Shown here: piece by piece, positions 48,366-63,220 of the stretch
Layout of the letters: every line of letters starts with the position of its first letter
Numbering within the stretch: position 1 is the first letter of the stretch
Assembly (NCBI RefSeq): GCF_006345805.1
Contig: NC_043004.1
Location: forward strand, 22,878,001-22,942,000
From: Octopus sinensis
Lineage: Eukaryota
Length of the DNA: 64,000 nt
Direction of reading: 5' to 3'
The notes under the pieces: model-generated
What the model saw: only the letters and a program-made list of their open reading frames with translations
Told to the model about the DNA's origin: nothing
The model's database searches: none
Program-made: the position numbers and the translations under genes

Positions 48366-49905
48366 ATCACTAGCAGTGTTACCCGGCGTTGCTCGAGTTA
48401 CATACAACTGAATAATTAGAATTTTCTGTTATATTTTCTGTAATGAACTGGAATACCTATGTTTCGAATTTCATAAAAATTGCAGATTAGGGTTATTTCC
48501 CTCTTTACACACCTGATTAAAATTGTAATCGAGCTACATGTATCGCATACTACTGATTTTTATGCCCATATTCCAAAATTCCAGTCTTATAGAACCTGTT
48601 AAAAGGATTTTGCTCCTGAAAAATGGAGGTCATGGAGCTCTAAAATGTGAGAGTTAACGCCTCTATTGGAGATGGGCATCTTAATGTCAACCAGAGAAGT
48701 TGAATTGTTGAGAATCTTTTTAACTTGGGTCTTATATCTATTGTTTAAATTTCTTTGAAATAGGAAATATATGTTCACTTGGTTTGTAGAAGAGAGCAAA
48801 GCTACAGGAAACCAAAAGACGAATGATCACAATAAGCAGTCAGCTACAGTGCCCTAGTCGTTACCACCCCCACTGTAGTATTCCTCACCATGCAGATGAC
48901 AGGCATAGCCGTAAGATGCATTACGAATCTATAGCAATTGGAATAAGCATTAACAACTGTGTGACGTGAGGGCTAAGGAGAAATGTAAGTTGGAGCTTGC
49001 AAATGACCACTATACTGATGTGTAACTGGACAGAATACATATACAACCTATAAATGTCTTTGAATAACCAGTCACTCATCTGGGAAGGCCTTGAAATCAA
49101 TGTTACCATGTGGGGACTATGTGTGACTGAGTGATAATAAAAAGACTGAAAAAAGTCTGCAATCAAATAACTTTACTCATCACTTTGCAACTGAATCAGT
49201 GGAGGCAAAGATGCCTCTCGTTTACTTGATAATTTATGCAGCACATTGCAGCACAATCTAAGTGTATGTCAAAGCAAACTTTTACACTGTTGTACCATTG
49301 AATTACAAATAATGCTCATATTCTATGCTCCAAAATAATGCTCATATTCACAGCTTCCAAAAGTACAACTATTCGTCTTCATTTATATCTAATATCTATG
49401 GTTAAAATTTCATCAACAGCAAAAATATATGAATTTTCATGGGGGTTGTGGCCCTTAAGCATAGAATATAATTTCCAAATTTCGTAAAGATCCATTCAGT
49501 ACTTTTGACTTAGTTTTGGATCATAAAAGAAATTACTAAACTTTGGGAGTTAAGGCCCCCATTAGGGTGTCTTAGAATCCTCATGTGAAGTGGAATCTAT
49601 GAGAATACTTCGTGATATGTGTCAATTACCCATAGTTCAAATTTCATCAACATCGAAAATTTATGAATTTTCATGGGGGTTCTGCCCCCTTTAAGCCATC
49701 TGAAATTCAATTGCATTATACCCGCCCTTATCCATTGAATCTACGTATCAAATATCATAAGGATCCATCCAGTAATTTTGGTCCATGAAATTGTATGAAT
49801 CCCGCTTCGATTTTGTGTTCCAAATTTCATTAGGATCGGTGCAGCAGTTTTCGGATGTATAATTAATACACAAACACATAAAGACACTGTCTTTGATATA
49901 ATAAA
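48366..49905 (+). mobile_element. Non-autonomous Helitron/Helentron-like element
   Basis: Starts ACTAGCAGTGTTACCCGGCGTTGCTCG in a TA context; repeated caaatttcat motifs; ends aaatttcattaggatcggtgcagcagttttcggatg...acacaaacacataaagacac..ttgatatat, like Lep1/DINE-type elements. Confidence 0.6.
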
Positions 49906-49929
49906 TATGAATGTACACATAGACATACA

Positions 49930-50000
<71 letters not shown>

Positions 50001-50089
50001 ATACATACATATATGTATATATATGTGTGTGTGTATGTGTGTGTGTATTATATATATATACACACATAGATAAATTGATAGATACAACT

Positions 50090-50308
50090 GAGTGGGCAAA
50101 CAAAAATATGAGACACAGCGTAGTGCTTTTTTATGTTGATAAGCCTGGTACTTAGTCTATTAGTTATGTTATGGGGATGTAAATAAACGAACAGCAGTTG
50201 TGAAGCAGTGATGAGGGTGAAACACAGAAACAAAGTCACACATACACTTAAATATATACATATATATGTATACGATTGATGTCTTTAAGTTTCTGTCTAT
50301 GTAATCCA

Positions 50309-50344
<36 letters not shown>

Positions 50345-50775
50345 TGTATGTATGTATGTATGTATGTATGTATGTATACAAACACACACACACACACAAA
50401 GATAAATTGTGTGTGCAAACAAAAATATGAGACTGCCTAGTGGTTGTTTTTTTTTATTTTGATAAGCTTGGTACTTATTCTATCAGTTTTATCTGGTGAA
50501 ACCAGAAAGTTATGTGGATGTAAATAAACGAACAGCAGTTGTGTGGCAGTTATGAGGGAGAAGCACAAAGACACACACACAGGCTTACATCTATACATAC
50601 CTATATATACGATTGATTTCTTTCAGTTTCAGTCTACAAAATCCACTGACAAGGCTTTGGTTGGTCTGAGTCCACAGCAGAAGATACATGCCAAGTCACC
50701 ACACAGTGGGACTGAACCCAGGACCATGTGTTTTGGAACGAAGTTTGTTACCCACACAGCCACACCTGCACCTAT
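50090..50775 (-). mobile_element. SINE family C, with a locally duplicated decayed segment
   Basis: Head at 50775; caaacaaaaatatgagac and gatgtaaataaacgaacagcagttgtg each occur twice (about 50097/50416 and 50176/50517). Confidence 0.7.
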
Positions 50776-50847
50776 TTATGTATGTATGGGTGTATATATG
50801 TATGCATGTATATATGTGAATATATATGTGTACATATTACATGTACA

Positions 50848-50890
<43 letters not shown>

Positions 50891-51014
50891 CTACACATAT
50901 ACATGTATAGAAATAAACGTATACATATACAGCTATATACACACACACACATACATAGGTGCAGGTGTGGCTGTGTGGTAACAAACTTCGTTCCAAAACA
51001 CATGGTCCTGGGTT

Positions 51015-51450
51015 TAAATTTCAATTGAAAATAATAAGGGTGAGAAATTGAATATTAATTTGATTAATATGAATTTAAAACCAGTGGTGTAGCATATAAG
51101 ACCATAGCGGATCTTTTTCAAGCAAAATAGATGCCCACTGTTAATGGTTCATCCCTCTTATATAATAGTTTGACTTTAATAATTTCAGTATTAAAGTGAA
51201 AGTATCTCACATTACAATAGAGAGATGTGTTTGTTTTAATTTTAACACGTAATACTGAAATAGTGGAGAAGATCTGATATTGCAGTGGGCTCAGCCTAGG
51301 CTTGAAGTTAGAAATTTTTTGCCCATAACACTACATGGACCCTAAGTAAGGCATGTGTAAAATTCGAATGAAATTGGTTGTGTAGTTCTCAAGATTTAGG
51401 GATTCACATGGACAGACAGACAGACACACACACATTCTCAGTTTCATATA
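51015..51450 (+). mobile_element. 3' part of a Helitron/DINE-like element
   Basis: gcatgtgtaaaattcgaatgaaattggttgtgtagttctcaagattt...acagacagacagacacacacacattctcagtttcatatata terminus. Confidence 0.55.
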
Positions 51451-51845
51451 TATATATATGATACACATATATAAATATATGATATATATATATGTATACA
51501 TATATATATATATAATATATATATATATGTATACATATATATATATATGATGTATATATTATATACATATATATATGATATACATATATATATATATATA
51601 TACATATAATATATATATATGAATATGGATATATACATATATATGTATATATATATATATATGTATATATGTATATATATGTATATGTATGTATATATAT
51701 ATATATATATTATATATATATGTATATAGATATATGTATGTACAGATATATATATATATATATAATATATATATATATGTATATATATTATATGTATATA
51801 TATATATGTAATATATATATATATATGTATATAGATATATATATG

Positions 51846-51877
<32 letters not shown>

Positions 51878-52179
51878 GTATATATATATATGTATAATAT
51901 ATATATATGTATTATATATATATGTATATATATATATATTATATGTATATATATATATATATGTATATATATGTATATAGATATATATATATATTATATA
52001 TGTATATAGATATATATATGTATATATATGTATATAGATATATATATGTATATATATATATGTATATAGTATATATATATGTATAAATATAGATATATAT
52101 ATGTATATATATGTATATAGATATATATGTATAAATATAGATATATATGTATATATATATGTATATAGATATATATATG

Positions 52180-52234
<55 letters not shown>

Positions 52235-52404
52235 TATATATATATGTATATATATAGTATATAGATATATATGTATAAATATATATGTATATATATGTAT
52301 ATAGATATATATATATGTATAAATATATATATATATATATGTATATAGATATATATATGTATATATATATATGTATATATATGTATATAGATATATGTAT
52401 ATAG
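51451..52404. repeat. ~950 bp (TA)n/(TATG)/(TATAG) compound microsatellite
   Basis: Continuous AT-dinucleotide-based low-complexity tract. Confidence 0.95.
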
Positions 52405-53655
52405 ATTAAAACAGCTACTAAATGACACAAATGTGGAAGTAATATATCTCGACTTTGCAAGTCGACCATGTTATGATCTGTCACAATCTGCGTGGTCTCG
52501 GCATAGGCGGAAATCTTGGAGAGTGGCTGCACAACTTCCTAAAAGACAGAAGACAGGCAGTTGTGAGCAATGGAGCCACCTCCAAGGAAACACAAATAAC
52601 AAGCGGTGTTCTTATTTCAGACAGGCCTTCAGTTGCTATGATGGCCACCAGTGCTAGCTATGCAGAAGTCACAAAAGTCTCCCACACAATACAAAACCCT
52701 GAAAATATTGCACATCTGCAACAGGAGTTGGATACAATATACAGGTAGGCCGAGGACAACAACATCAGTTTAATGCAGGTAAGTTCCAGGCCCTGCGCTA
52801 CCGGCACACAAAGGTAAACGACGTGCAGACTGGATACACTTGCCCAGGAAGAATTGCAATCCCTGAGTCAAAATCAGTGCGTGACCTGGGCATTGACATG
52901 AGCAATGATGCATCTTTCCAATTGCATATTACTAATCTGGTGATAAAATGCAGACGGCTAGCTGGATGGATTCTCCGAACTTTCAGAAATAGAGAGAAGG
53001 AGACACTGATGGTTTTCTGGAAAACATTCGTGCTCAGCCGCTTGGACTACTGCTCCCAACTATGGTCACCACACAATATAAAACTAACGGCAGAACTCGA
53101 AGCAATTCAGAGAAGCTGCACAAAGAAGATCGTCTCAATGCAAAGTATAAGCTACTGGGAAAGACTGAAAGTATTAAACCTCTTCTCCCTAGAGCGGAGG
53201 CGGGAGAGATATGCGGTGATATACATCTGGAAAATCCTGGAGGGTCTTGTCCCAAACTTTGGCATTCAAAGTTACCCCAACCGCAGAACGGGGCACCACT
53301 GCATGGTGCCAAAGATTCCAACATCACCATCAAAATACAGGTCCAGATAATGCAACAGCTTGGGTTTCAGAGGACCACAGCTCTTTAACATCCTCCCTAA
53401 ATGCCTGAGAGACTTAAATGGTGTGGATGTGGATTTCTTTAAAACTAAGCTGGATCTCTTCTTGTCGGGAGTCCCAGATGAACCTACCTCACGACAGGAG
53501 AAGCAGATGCGGGCGGCAGCATCAAACTCCCTTGTTGATCAGGTGCCACGTATCAGAGTTGGATTCACATATTAGTGTAGCTCATTCAGCGGTGGTGTCC
53601 CAGCATGGCCGCGGCCTTCGGACTAAAACATTTTTAAGGATTTAAGGATTTAAAA
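52405..53655 (+). mobile_element. CR1/L2-group LINE 3' fragment (RT and C-terminus)
   Basis: [81 protein letters not shown]; short-repeat tail tttaaggatttaaggatttaa; PQG segment deleted. Confidence 0.9.
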
Positions 53656-53692
53656 TATATATATATGTATATAGATATATATATATATATAT

Positions 53693-54725
53693 ATACGGGA
53701 AGCTTTATGAAAATAGACAAAAGACGAAGGCAGGTGGAAAACAAACGAACAATTGTATTAGTATGGCGCTCAGGAAATATAAATAAAACAAGTCTTTAAC
53801 GTTTCGAGCCTACGCTCTTCAACAGAAAGATACACAGAGAGAAAAAAAACACGGAAAGAAGGAGAGAAAAAAAATGCGTGCAGTAGCTAACGAATCAACA
53901 TGGCGATCTGATTTCGGCCAGAGGTCAAAGATCAAACATGAGACGCGAGAGCGAAATAAGGGGAGATAATAGGGTTGATAATAGGGTTGAAGGACCAGCT
54001 AATAGTGCGTAGGAGGGGTCTGGACGTGCGTATGTATGGGGTTGGTGTATGTATTAGTATGTATTAGTACGTATTAGTATGTATAAGTGTGTGTGTGTGT
54101 GTATGAGAGAGTATAAGTGCGTATGAGGGGTCTGGACGTGTGTATGTATAGGGTTGGTGTATGTATTAGTATGTATTAGTATGTATTAGTACGTATTAGT
54201 ATGTATTAGTTGGTGTATGTATTAGTATGGCACATCATATATGATGTGATGTGTAAAGTCGTGTGGTGTAGTGAGGAGAAGAGGGGGAGGGGGAAGAAGA
54301 GGGGGAGGAGATGGGGAAGAGGAGAGGAGGGGGAGAGGAGGGGGAGAGGAGGGGGAGAGGAGGGGGAGAGGAGGGGGAGAAGGAAGGGGAGGGGGGAGGA
54401 AGGAGGAAAGAGGGAGAGAGAAGGGGAGTGAGGGAGTGAGGGAGCAGAGGGAAGGGGAAGAGGGAAGGAGAGAGGGAGAAAGAGGGAAGAAGGGAAGGGG
54501 AGTAGGGGTGAAAGGATGAAGGACTGAAGAAGTAGGGGTCGGGGGGAAAGGATAGGTGAGGAGGGGGATAGGGGGGTTAGATGAGGAGGGGGGAGAGTTG
54601 AGACCAAATGGCGTATAAGAGCGAAGAGAGAAGATTAATTCCTGTTCACGGCGCAAACGGGAATCCGGATAGCCTCTGTGTAAGGACAAACCGAACACAG
54701 ATTGGTGTTGCAAGGAGTGACCCAC
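53693..54725 (-). mobile_element. Penelope-like element 3' fragment (GIY-YIG C-terminus plus UTR/pLTR)
   Basis: [42 protein letters not shown] resembles a PLE C-terminus; downstream gaagagcgtaggctcgaaacg motif; bounded by (TA)n. Confidence 0.75.
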
Positions 54726-54729
54726 CCAC

Positions 54730-54766
<37 letters not shown>

Positions 54767-54803
54767 ATATATATACATATATACATATATATATATATAT
54801 GTA

Positions 54804-54837
<34 letters not shown>

Positions 54838-54857
54838 GGTGGGTGTGTGTATATATA

Positions 54858-54943
<86 letters not shown>

Positions 54944-54954
54944 GTGTATATATA

Positions 54955-55520
54955 TCGCCCAATCTCACTCACCTCCCACATCATTAAAGTGTTTGAAAGA
55001 GTGTTAGATCAAGGATAGCTGACTTCCTGGAGACCCACAAACTTCTAAATGCAAATCAGCATGGCTTTCGCTGTGGCAGGGACTGTCTAACACAGCTCTT
55101 ACACCACATTGAAGATGTACTCAAAGCCTTGGGAACAGGTTCGAACTCTGATATCATATATCTTGACTTCAGTAAAGCGTTCGACAGGGTAGACCATAAT
55201 ATCCTACTCTCAAAATTGGCAAATGTTGGAATCCGTGGTAAAGTTCTACACTGGATTAAGTATTTCCTGGCGAATAGAAAACAACATGTTGTAGTTGATG
55301 GAGTCCACTCAAGCCCAGCAAAAGTCACCAGCGGTGTCCCCCAGGGGACTGTCTTGGGTCCGCTATTCTTCATAATTTACATAAACGACCTTTCCAGTGC
55401 CGTACATTACTGCAAAGTGAAAATATTTGCGCATGACACTAAGCTCCAGCAAATCATCAATGAAGAAGCAGTCCGAACTCAACTCCAGTCTGATCTATAT
55501 GCTGTGAGTCAATGGGCATA
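54955..55520 (+). mobile_element. CR1/L2-group LINE RT fragment
   Basis: [16 protein letters not shown]...NQHGFR...IIYLDFSKAFDRVDH...SGVPQGTVLGPLFFIIYINDL...IFAHDTKL. Confidence 0.9.
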
Positions 55521-55599
55521 TTTTACCTCTGTTCAACGAAGCAATAATAGATCCGACATTAGGAGTGACTGAGTAGGACAGCTTGATTGTTGACTTGTT

Positions 55600-56050
55600 A
55601 CATATTGTATAGTACCTATGGTGTTTTGGGAAATAGCTTTGGTAAACCTTTCACCCTTAATGAAAAGGGAGGAGCAAACCAAGTAACTTGACGAATCCTA
55701 GACTTACTATTAATAGTGGGATTACAATATGTTGCCTGGCTTGATGTACTAAATGTAAGGGCACTTATGTATCTATTACTAATATTCATATCTCCATTAC
55801 TACTATTATTATTACTATTCCTATTATCACCCTCATTAGACCTAAGCCCAACTTTACACCTTAATTCACATTTATGATTCATATTATTTGCAACCCCTTC
55901 CCTCCTGTTGCTGTTATCATCCATGGTATTTTCATCCTTACAAATCTCATTATTAGCCTTATTAACGTGGTTACCATTTACAAGACCAACCACATCGCAT
56001 TCATTTCTCCTATTTCCAAAACTCGTTTCATCAGCATAAATATTGGTCAT
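55600..56050 (-). mobile_element. Penelope-like element fragment
   Basis: Asn-rich linker followed by RIRQVTWFAPPFSLRVK, resembling the PLE motif RxIIWFNPP(F/Y)S. Confidence 0.55.
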
Positions 56051-56824
56051 TATTAGCTTGTTGCTAGCTCCTTGGGAACCATGAGGGGAACCACTGCCAT
56101 ACTACGACCATACTATGTTCTAATCCATCATATCGACCCCGGTTTCCGATTCTGACTGGTATTTTATTATAGCGACTTCTAGTTAGAGAAGTTATATTTT
56201 AACGTAAAGGGATGCAGCCCGATGCTTAATTTTAATGCAAGTATACACAGCCACCTAGTCAAAAACACATAAACGTTCTTTACATAAATACATACGAACA
56301 TATATACATAAATACACACGTGCGTGTATCTAATCTTTTCCCGATTCACCCAGAAACCAGGGCTTAAGTGCAAAAAATAAGATAATCGAAACACAATATT
56401 CTTAAGGTAAAAAGCAAATTGAAATATTTCCCAATATAACACAGGAAAATTGTGCACTGTTTGCTATGTGTTCCAAACATGATCCGTCATAGGTTCATAA
56501 TTACAGAATATTGCCAATTCTTAGAAGAAATACAATGAAAAATTATATTCGCTGTTATAAATAAAATACGTTTTTGCTCTTTGTGTACTAGTCACAATTG
56601 ATTCCAGACTACTTTAACGTAAATATTACTATCATCAAACGATATTATTTTACATAATAGCAAGTAGCTAACAATTATTTAAGCATTATCTGTTATTATC
56701 TCTGAACCATATCCGATTTTATCAGCAATTTTATTGAATATGAATTCAGTCATTTGTGATTCACACAGTGTCTATTGATGTACGCTTTAATGGTTATACT
56801 GTTATAAATATTTTCAATAAATAA

Positions 56825-56862
56825 CAATGATGATGATGATCACGGCGATGAAGATGATGATA

Positions 56863-56925
<63 letters not shown>

Positions 56926-56950
56926 TTGCTGGTGCTGATGCTGGTGATGA
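56825..56950. repeat. (GAT)n microsatellite
   Basis: Direct inspection. Confidence 0.95.
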
Positions 56951-58827
56951 TCACTCCCGTCGAATTAGACATATATGTGCTTGAAGGAAAGGATTAAAAC
57001 GAAAACAAATTTTAAATGATTAACAATATAAGAAGCTACGTCTATTCACGATGGATGCGTGAAGGTATTTAGACTCCTTATATGGATTTTGCTATGAAGT
57101 CAAAATCGGGACAATGGTGAGTTTTATTTTGACTGAGATTGGACAAGGATATAATGATAGAACACGATATCATTCTGTTTCTTCCTCTCAAATCGTTTAG
57201 GTGCATCATGACATATTTTACGCTACGGAAATCGATCTAGGCAATAACTTTCTCAGGATGGGCTACTTGACCTGAAGAAAATTCTAACGAAGCCCAAACT
57301 GTAATGTCATGCTTGTTTGTGTTGATATGAGATCATTATGTCTCGCACGTATGATTCTGATGCATGTGCCTGGTGTACGCTTATCAGATCAGTAGTCATG
57401 ATGGGTATATTGGGAACCGTGTATTTGTACCCCAGTGTCACTTTGATGACATGCGCTGTTCAATATAAAGAGTGAAAATTTTTAATCGTTTTGTTGATGT
57501 GGTTCCCATTAATTGAGTACCAAAACGACTTCGCCTCATCTGTTCTGTGCTTCAGAATTCAAAGTTAATTGGTATTTACGCCTCCTTTCTTCCCTTTACG
57601 ATTACCTAAATGAATAACTACTATACACTAGGTTCTATTTAATCAACTATCGCCACCGTTAACTAAGAAATGGTCATGTACTTGATTGACGAAAATAGAT
57701 TGACAGAACTTAATATTACGGTAAACAGAAGAATAACACGACACCACAGAATTATCAACAGCTAAACATTTCAAGGAATAACTTATTGTCTGTTACTTCT
57801 GAAAATTTCCTCAATATGGTAAATAATTGAATAATAGTAATGATTGGCATAATACGATAAAATTATCGAATCAACAATAGGGCTGCTACGTAGCAATTCA
57901 AACTGCTTGTGTTATCGTTCGCAAATCATTAAATGACTTGAATTGAAGACACCATATTCAGGTTTCTGCAGAGAAGATATTGAATAACGTAATTGTGGAT
58001 AAACATTGTAAAGACAGTTGAAATACCTTCCATCATGAACTGACCACTTACCGCTTATCTGGGGCTCAATAATAGTAACAACAATGATATGATATAATGC
58101 AATTGTCACAAACAAAAGGAACAATATACTGAAATTGATCAATTAACCCGTTGTAGGTTTAAGATTAGACAGAGAGCGAATGTAGGCATTTTATAGCTCA
58201 ATACATACGTGATAGCAACGGGAAACATTAGCTCAATTACATGCTAATATAAAATGTTGGGCTTACGTTTATAGGCGTACACATTCCAAGTCTAGCTTGA
58301 CTCGTCTTCATCTACGATAGACGTAATGTTCTAAAGGATGATTATTGCATGGGAATAAATATGTTGGACTAAAGAAAGAAGAGTATCCATATTTGTATTT
58401 TTCTCATAAGGAAAAAAATATCACTCCAATATAAAATACTATCTGGAAACAATCTGAAAAGTAATAACTACAACACAGAAAATATGCGCGGCGATGTATA
58501 AGCATTTAGTGTGCGTGTTTGTGTGTGAGAGAGAGAGAGTGTGTGTGTGTATGTGTGTGTTTGTGTATGTATGCGGCTCTTCAGATATGGATGTAAAAAC
58601 CGACAATACTGGAAACGGTAGAATTTGAAATGATGGCTGTCTTGTAAATTGGTCAGAAGCTTGTAATGTCACATTTATAGGAAATCCACTACATCGTACC
58701 ACATCACATTTCATGTCAATGTATAACAAATATCCAGATTTTATCTCTGTTTCATCAGAAATAAATAAATAGAAAGAATAAGACTGGTATAGTAAAAAAT
58801 ATATATTTCTTTCGTGTATAATAATCA

Positions 58828-59135
58828 TGGAGGCGCAATGGCCCACTGGCTAGGGCAGCGGACTCGCGGTTGTAGGATCGCGGTTTCGATTCCCAGACCG
58901 GGCGTTGTGAGTGTTTATCGAGCGAAAACACCTAAAGCTCTACGAAGCTCTGCAGAGGGTGGGGCGATCCCTGCTGTACTCTTTCACCGCAACTTTCTCT
59001 CACTCTTTCTTCTGTTGGCCTGCTCGCTTAGCCAGCGGGTTGGCGTCATTTGAAGGCTAAAACAAGGCGAAGCGCATTGTGACCGGCGATGCGTAGCAAC
59101 ATCTGATAGCCTGGTCGGTCACAGTGATCACGGTG
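58828..59135 (+). mobile_element. tRNA-derived SINE family B
   Basis: ggaggcgcaatggcccactggctagggcagcggactcgcggttgtaggatcgcggtttcgattccc; nearly the same head as at 3660-4008. Confidence 0.9.
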
Positions 59136-60344
59136 ATAATAATTATATTAAATGATGGAAATAATTTTCGCTAATAGTTTATGTCGATATAACGGTTAAC
59201 ATTGGCTATTCCAATAGCTGTTAAAATATGGACTCTTATAGACAGTAAACCTCCAACAACCTGTCAGTATATTTATGAAATTCGTTAATATTATGGAAGG
59301 GTTAAATTGCTCACATGCGATTTTAGATTTAATTTTATACACCTATAAGCACCTAAGACATCGCCGTATGTTTCGAACTAATAAGACAATAATTACGTGG
59401 CCACGACACTTGCTCTGTGCAATGAAAAATGATATCTCACTGTCGAAAAAGATGCCTCATTGTATGATGTAGTCTTCTGTATACAATGATTAAAAAGAAA
59501 ATGGATTGGCCACGTTTGATATACAGCTGTTTATCGATTTGTTCAATAAGCGCTAACCTGACCGTAAACAGGAATTACTCATGTAACTTCGTCCCTTGGG
59601 ATGTATGTATTTTTTTAAATCAGGAGCGTTCTCAATCATGATTTTCATCACCCACAATAGGATTGAAATACAAAATACCCGTAGATTATTCGTTGAAGTC
59701 ACTCACAATGTATCGGAATTTAATGGAATTAAAGTTACGTTGCTTTTAATTTCTTGTTCCGTGTTTTAAAAAAGGAATACAATATATTTATATATTTCTC
59801 CCTGGCCATTTGTATGTCACGAATTCTGAAATGTGAATAGATAATGAAACTGCCGTGAAGTTCAAAAATCTAATTATATTCTAAGTTGAGTAAGTTCTAG
59901 AAGTATGTATATACTATATATAATTATTTTTTCGTTAATTGCAAGCAGGTAATTACCTACGGGTGACAAAGACTCTTATATCATTCAATCAAGAAATAAT
60001 CAGTAGTTTAGCTAATTAGTTAACGACAAGGATAATGTTGGAAATTCACTTAGAATACTTGCAATAATTATAGAAAACAATATCCAATTAAATGAGAGAA
60101 TTGCTGAACCTTATTATATCATTCATGGTTCTATTATAGTTAATTCTATTATCTTTTTATTCGTTGCAATATTTTTTAATATTCGGTCATTATAACAGTT
60201 CAATTTTGTTATGAAGCGTGTAATAATTGTCACAGCAATTATACTAATCTTTCTGATCATGTAAATCTTCTAATTAGAACCACTAAAACTTCTGTATTTT
60301 CGATTAGAATGTTATGACAGCTAAATATTTGTTTATGCGGAGAA

Positions 60345-60509
60345 AAATGTTAAGCGGCATTTCGTCTGTCTTTAAATTCTGAATTCAGTTTCCACCGTGG
60401 TCGGCTTTGCCTTCCATTCTTTCGAAGTTTAAAAAATAAGTTAAGTACAAGTTGATCTCTGGGGTTGATGTTCCCTTCCCTGAAAATGTGCCAAACTTTG
60501 AAACCCATA
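60345..60509 (+). mobile_element. SINE family A, partial
   Basis: ttaagcggcatttcgtctgtcttt...gctttgccttccattctttcg. Confidence 0.7.
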
Positions 60510-62247
60510 TTTTCCTCGTCAATGTCTCGCATTCGCAAAGATTGCTTTTGCGCAGTCATAATGATTCCTTCACTCTCTCATCAGACCACTTTCTTTCTAT
60601 CAGTTCCAGTTCTCCCTACTCGAAACTCGTCTGTGGCTACAAATAATTTGCCATGCAAATGTCTGTTGTGATAGGTCCTTTCCCTTTCATGTTTTGTCTT
60701 TTGTTTCCTTCCCATCATTAAGTATATTTACCTTTAATTACCAACTTAATTTAGTTTGCATTGCTTTCATGGATGTACATTTTGAGAGAAGCAACCTGCA
60801 TATTCAAATAATTCTCAACATTTAGTAATTCTCGTCCTCCTTTAATCTTCCTCTTGTATAGCCAATCAACATCTCTTTAGGAATGGAATGCCCAATATTT
60901 TTTTTACTTTTCTGTCCAAGATTTTGTGTTTGTTTCATGGGGTCTAATTTTTATCTGAGAATCTTTGCTAAAAACCTTCGTCCATTTGACCACACAACCT
61001 CTATACCTCATTGTGCTTACACCCCTTTGAGTTAATAGCGGCGATGGTATTTACACCATTCACTTTCATACGGCTGTCTTTGATATCGTCTGCTTCAAGT
61101 ATAACCAAGATACTTGTAGCTTTGTATCAGTATACCTAATTTCGTCGTCTGTTGTTAATTTTTTTGCTTTACTATTTTCAAACATTCCACTTCTCATTAG
61201 CACGATACTGCACTTATTCAACCTAAACTCAGCACACACAGATGTCACTATTAAAGATGCTGACTGTATTCACCGGAGTATCGAGTTTTTTGCTATTCTA
61301 GGCATACAATTTCAGATCTTGCATGAATAACGAATGGTTCACTTGTTCTCCCCCTTTCCTAGATCATATTGTTTGCCACCTGCAATTTTTGATAATCATT
61401 TCATCAATTAGCAACAAGTCTTTGGTGACTCGACACTGTCTCTTGCATTCTCTCAGCTCCTCCATTAGTACGTTATTGCTTCCTAGATGTTCATACGAAA
61501 AAGCATTTCCGTTAAAAACTTCCACATCAACAGAAGACAAGTAATGGGTCTGAAATTTGAAATGTTATTTCCTTTTTGCCCAATCTTTTGACAATCAATG
61601 TTGTACTTCCTGTAGTCAGCCCTTTCCGCATGCTACTTCTCTCAATCTTTCCATTTAATAATACAGCGAGCTCTGGTCTGACAAATTTTGATGTTCTGCA
61701 GCCAGTAACCTTTTCCCTATCGGGACATTCGGTTCGGTTTGGAAGTCTTTATAGTTGTTTTTGTAATTTATTCTGGGTTATTACTACATTCTCCTGTTGA
61801 TTATTCTCTTAAGAGTGATTTTCAACCCTTTTAAGCCACAGCGCTTCCAAGGTTTCCTATTTACTCACACCCTAGATTCTTTCCCTAAATTTCTTACCCT
61901 CATTGACGTCCGAAATAATTGCTACGGTCACTTCTCTTCTGTCCAGCTGCTGGAAACCTTTCTTTTGGTTACTTTAAAACAGTCTAATTTTATGGAATGT
62001 TTTACAATGATCATTGCACGACTTTAACTTCTTTGCATTAGTTATTATTCTTTCTTTCAGTTTCTCTCTTACAGCATATAACCATTGACACTTATTTTTG
62101 TATAGCACTATACACCATCATTATTTTTTAGTTGTTCGTATTTCAGTCATTTTATTCGGCTCAGGTCTTTTCTCACGTTCTCTCCTACCATGTCCCTACT
62201 CTATTACGTATTGTTTCTTCGTTATACCCTGCAGTCTTACTATGGCA
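60510..62247 (-). mobile_element. R4/Dong-clade LINE relic covering the RT region
   Basis: Degenerate RT motifs: CKRQCRVTKDLLLIDEMI, EQVNHSLFMQDLKLYA (xMDD motif), EFRLNKCSIV, GGRELLNVE, MTAQKQSLR; internal deletion; 5' end abuts (TAA)n. Confidence 0.75.

Positions 62248-63220
<973 letters not shown>

Noticed and set aside
9561-52532. Numerous long YI/HT/CV/poly-L/poly-N ORFs in the ORF track
   Set aside because: Translations of (TA)n, (CA)n, (TTA)n and (TCA)n microsatellites; not genes.
59930-59975. Possible next exon starting cag|GTAATT
   Set aside because: Stop codon after five residues; no AFHDA motif.
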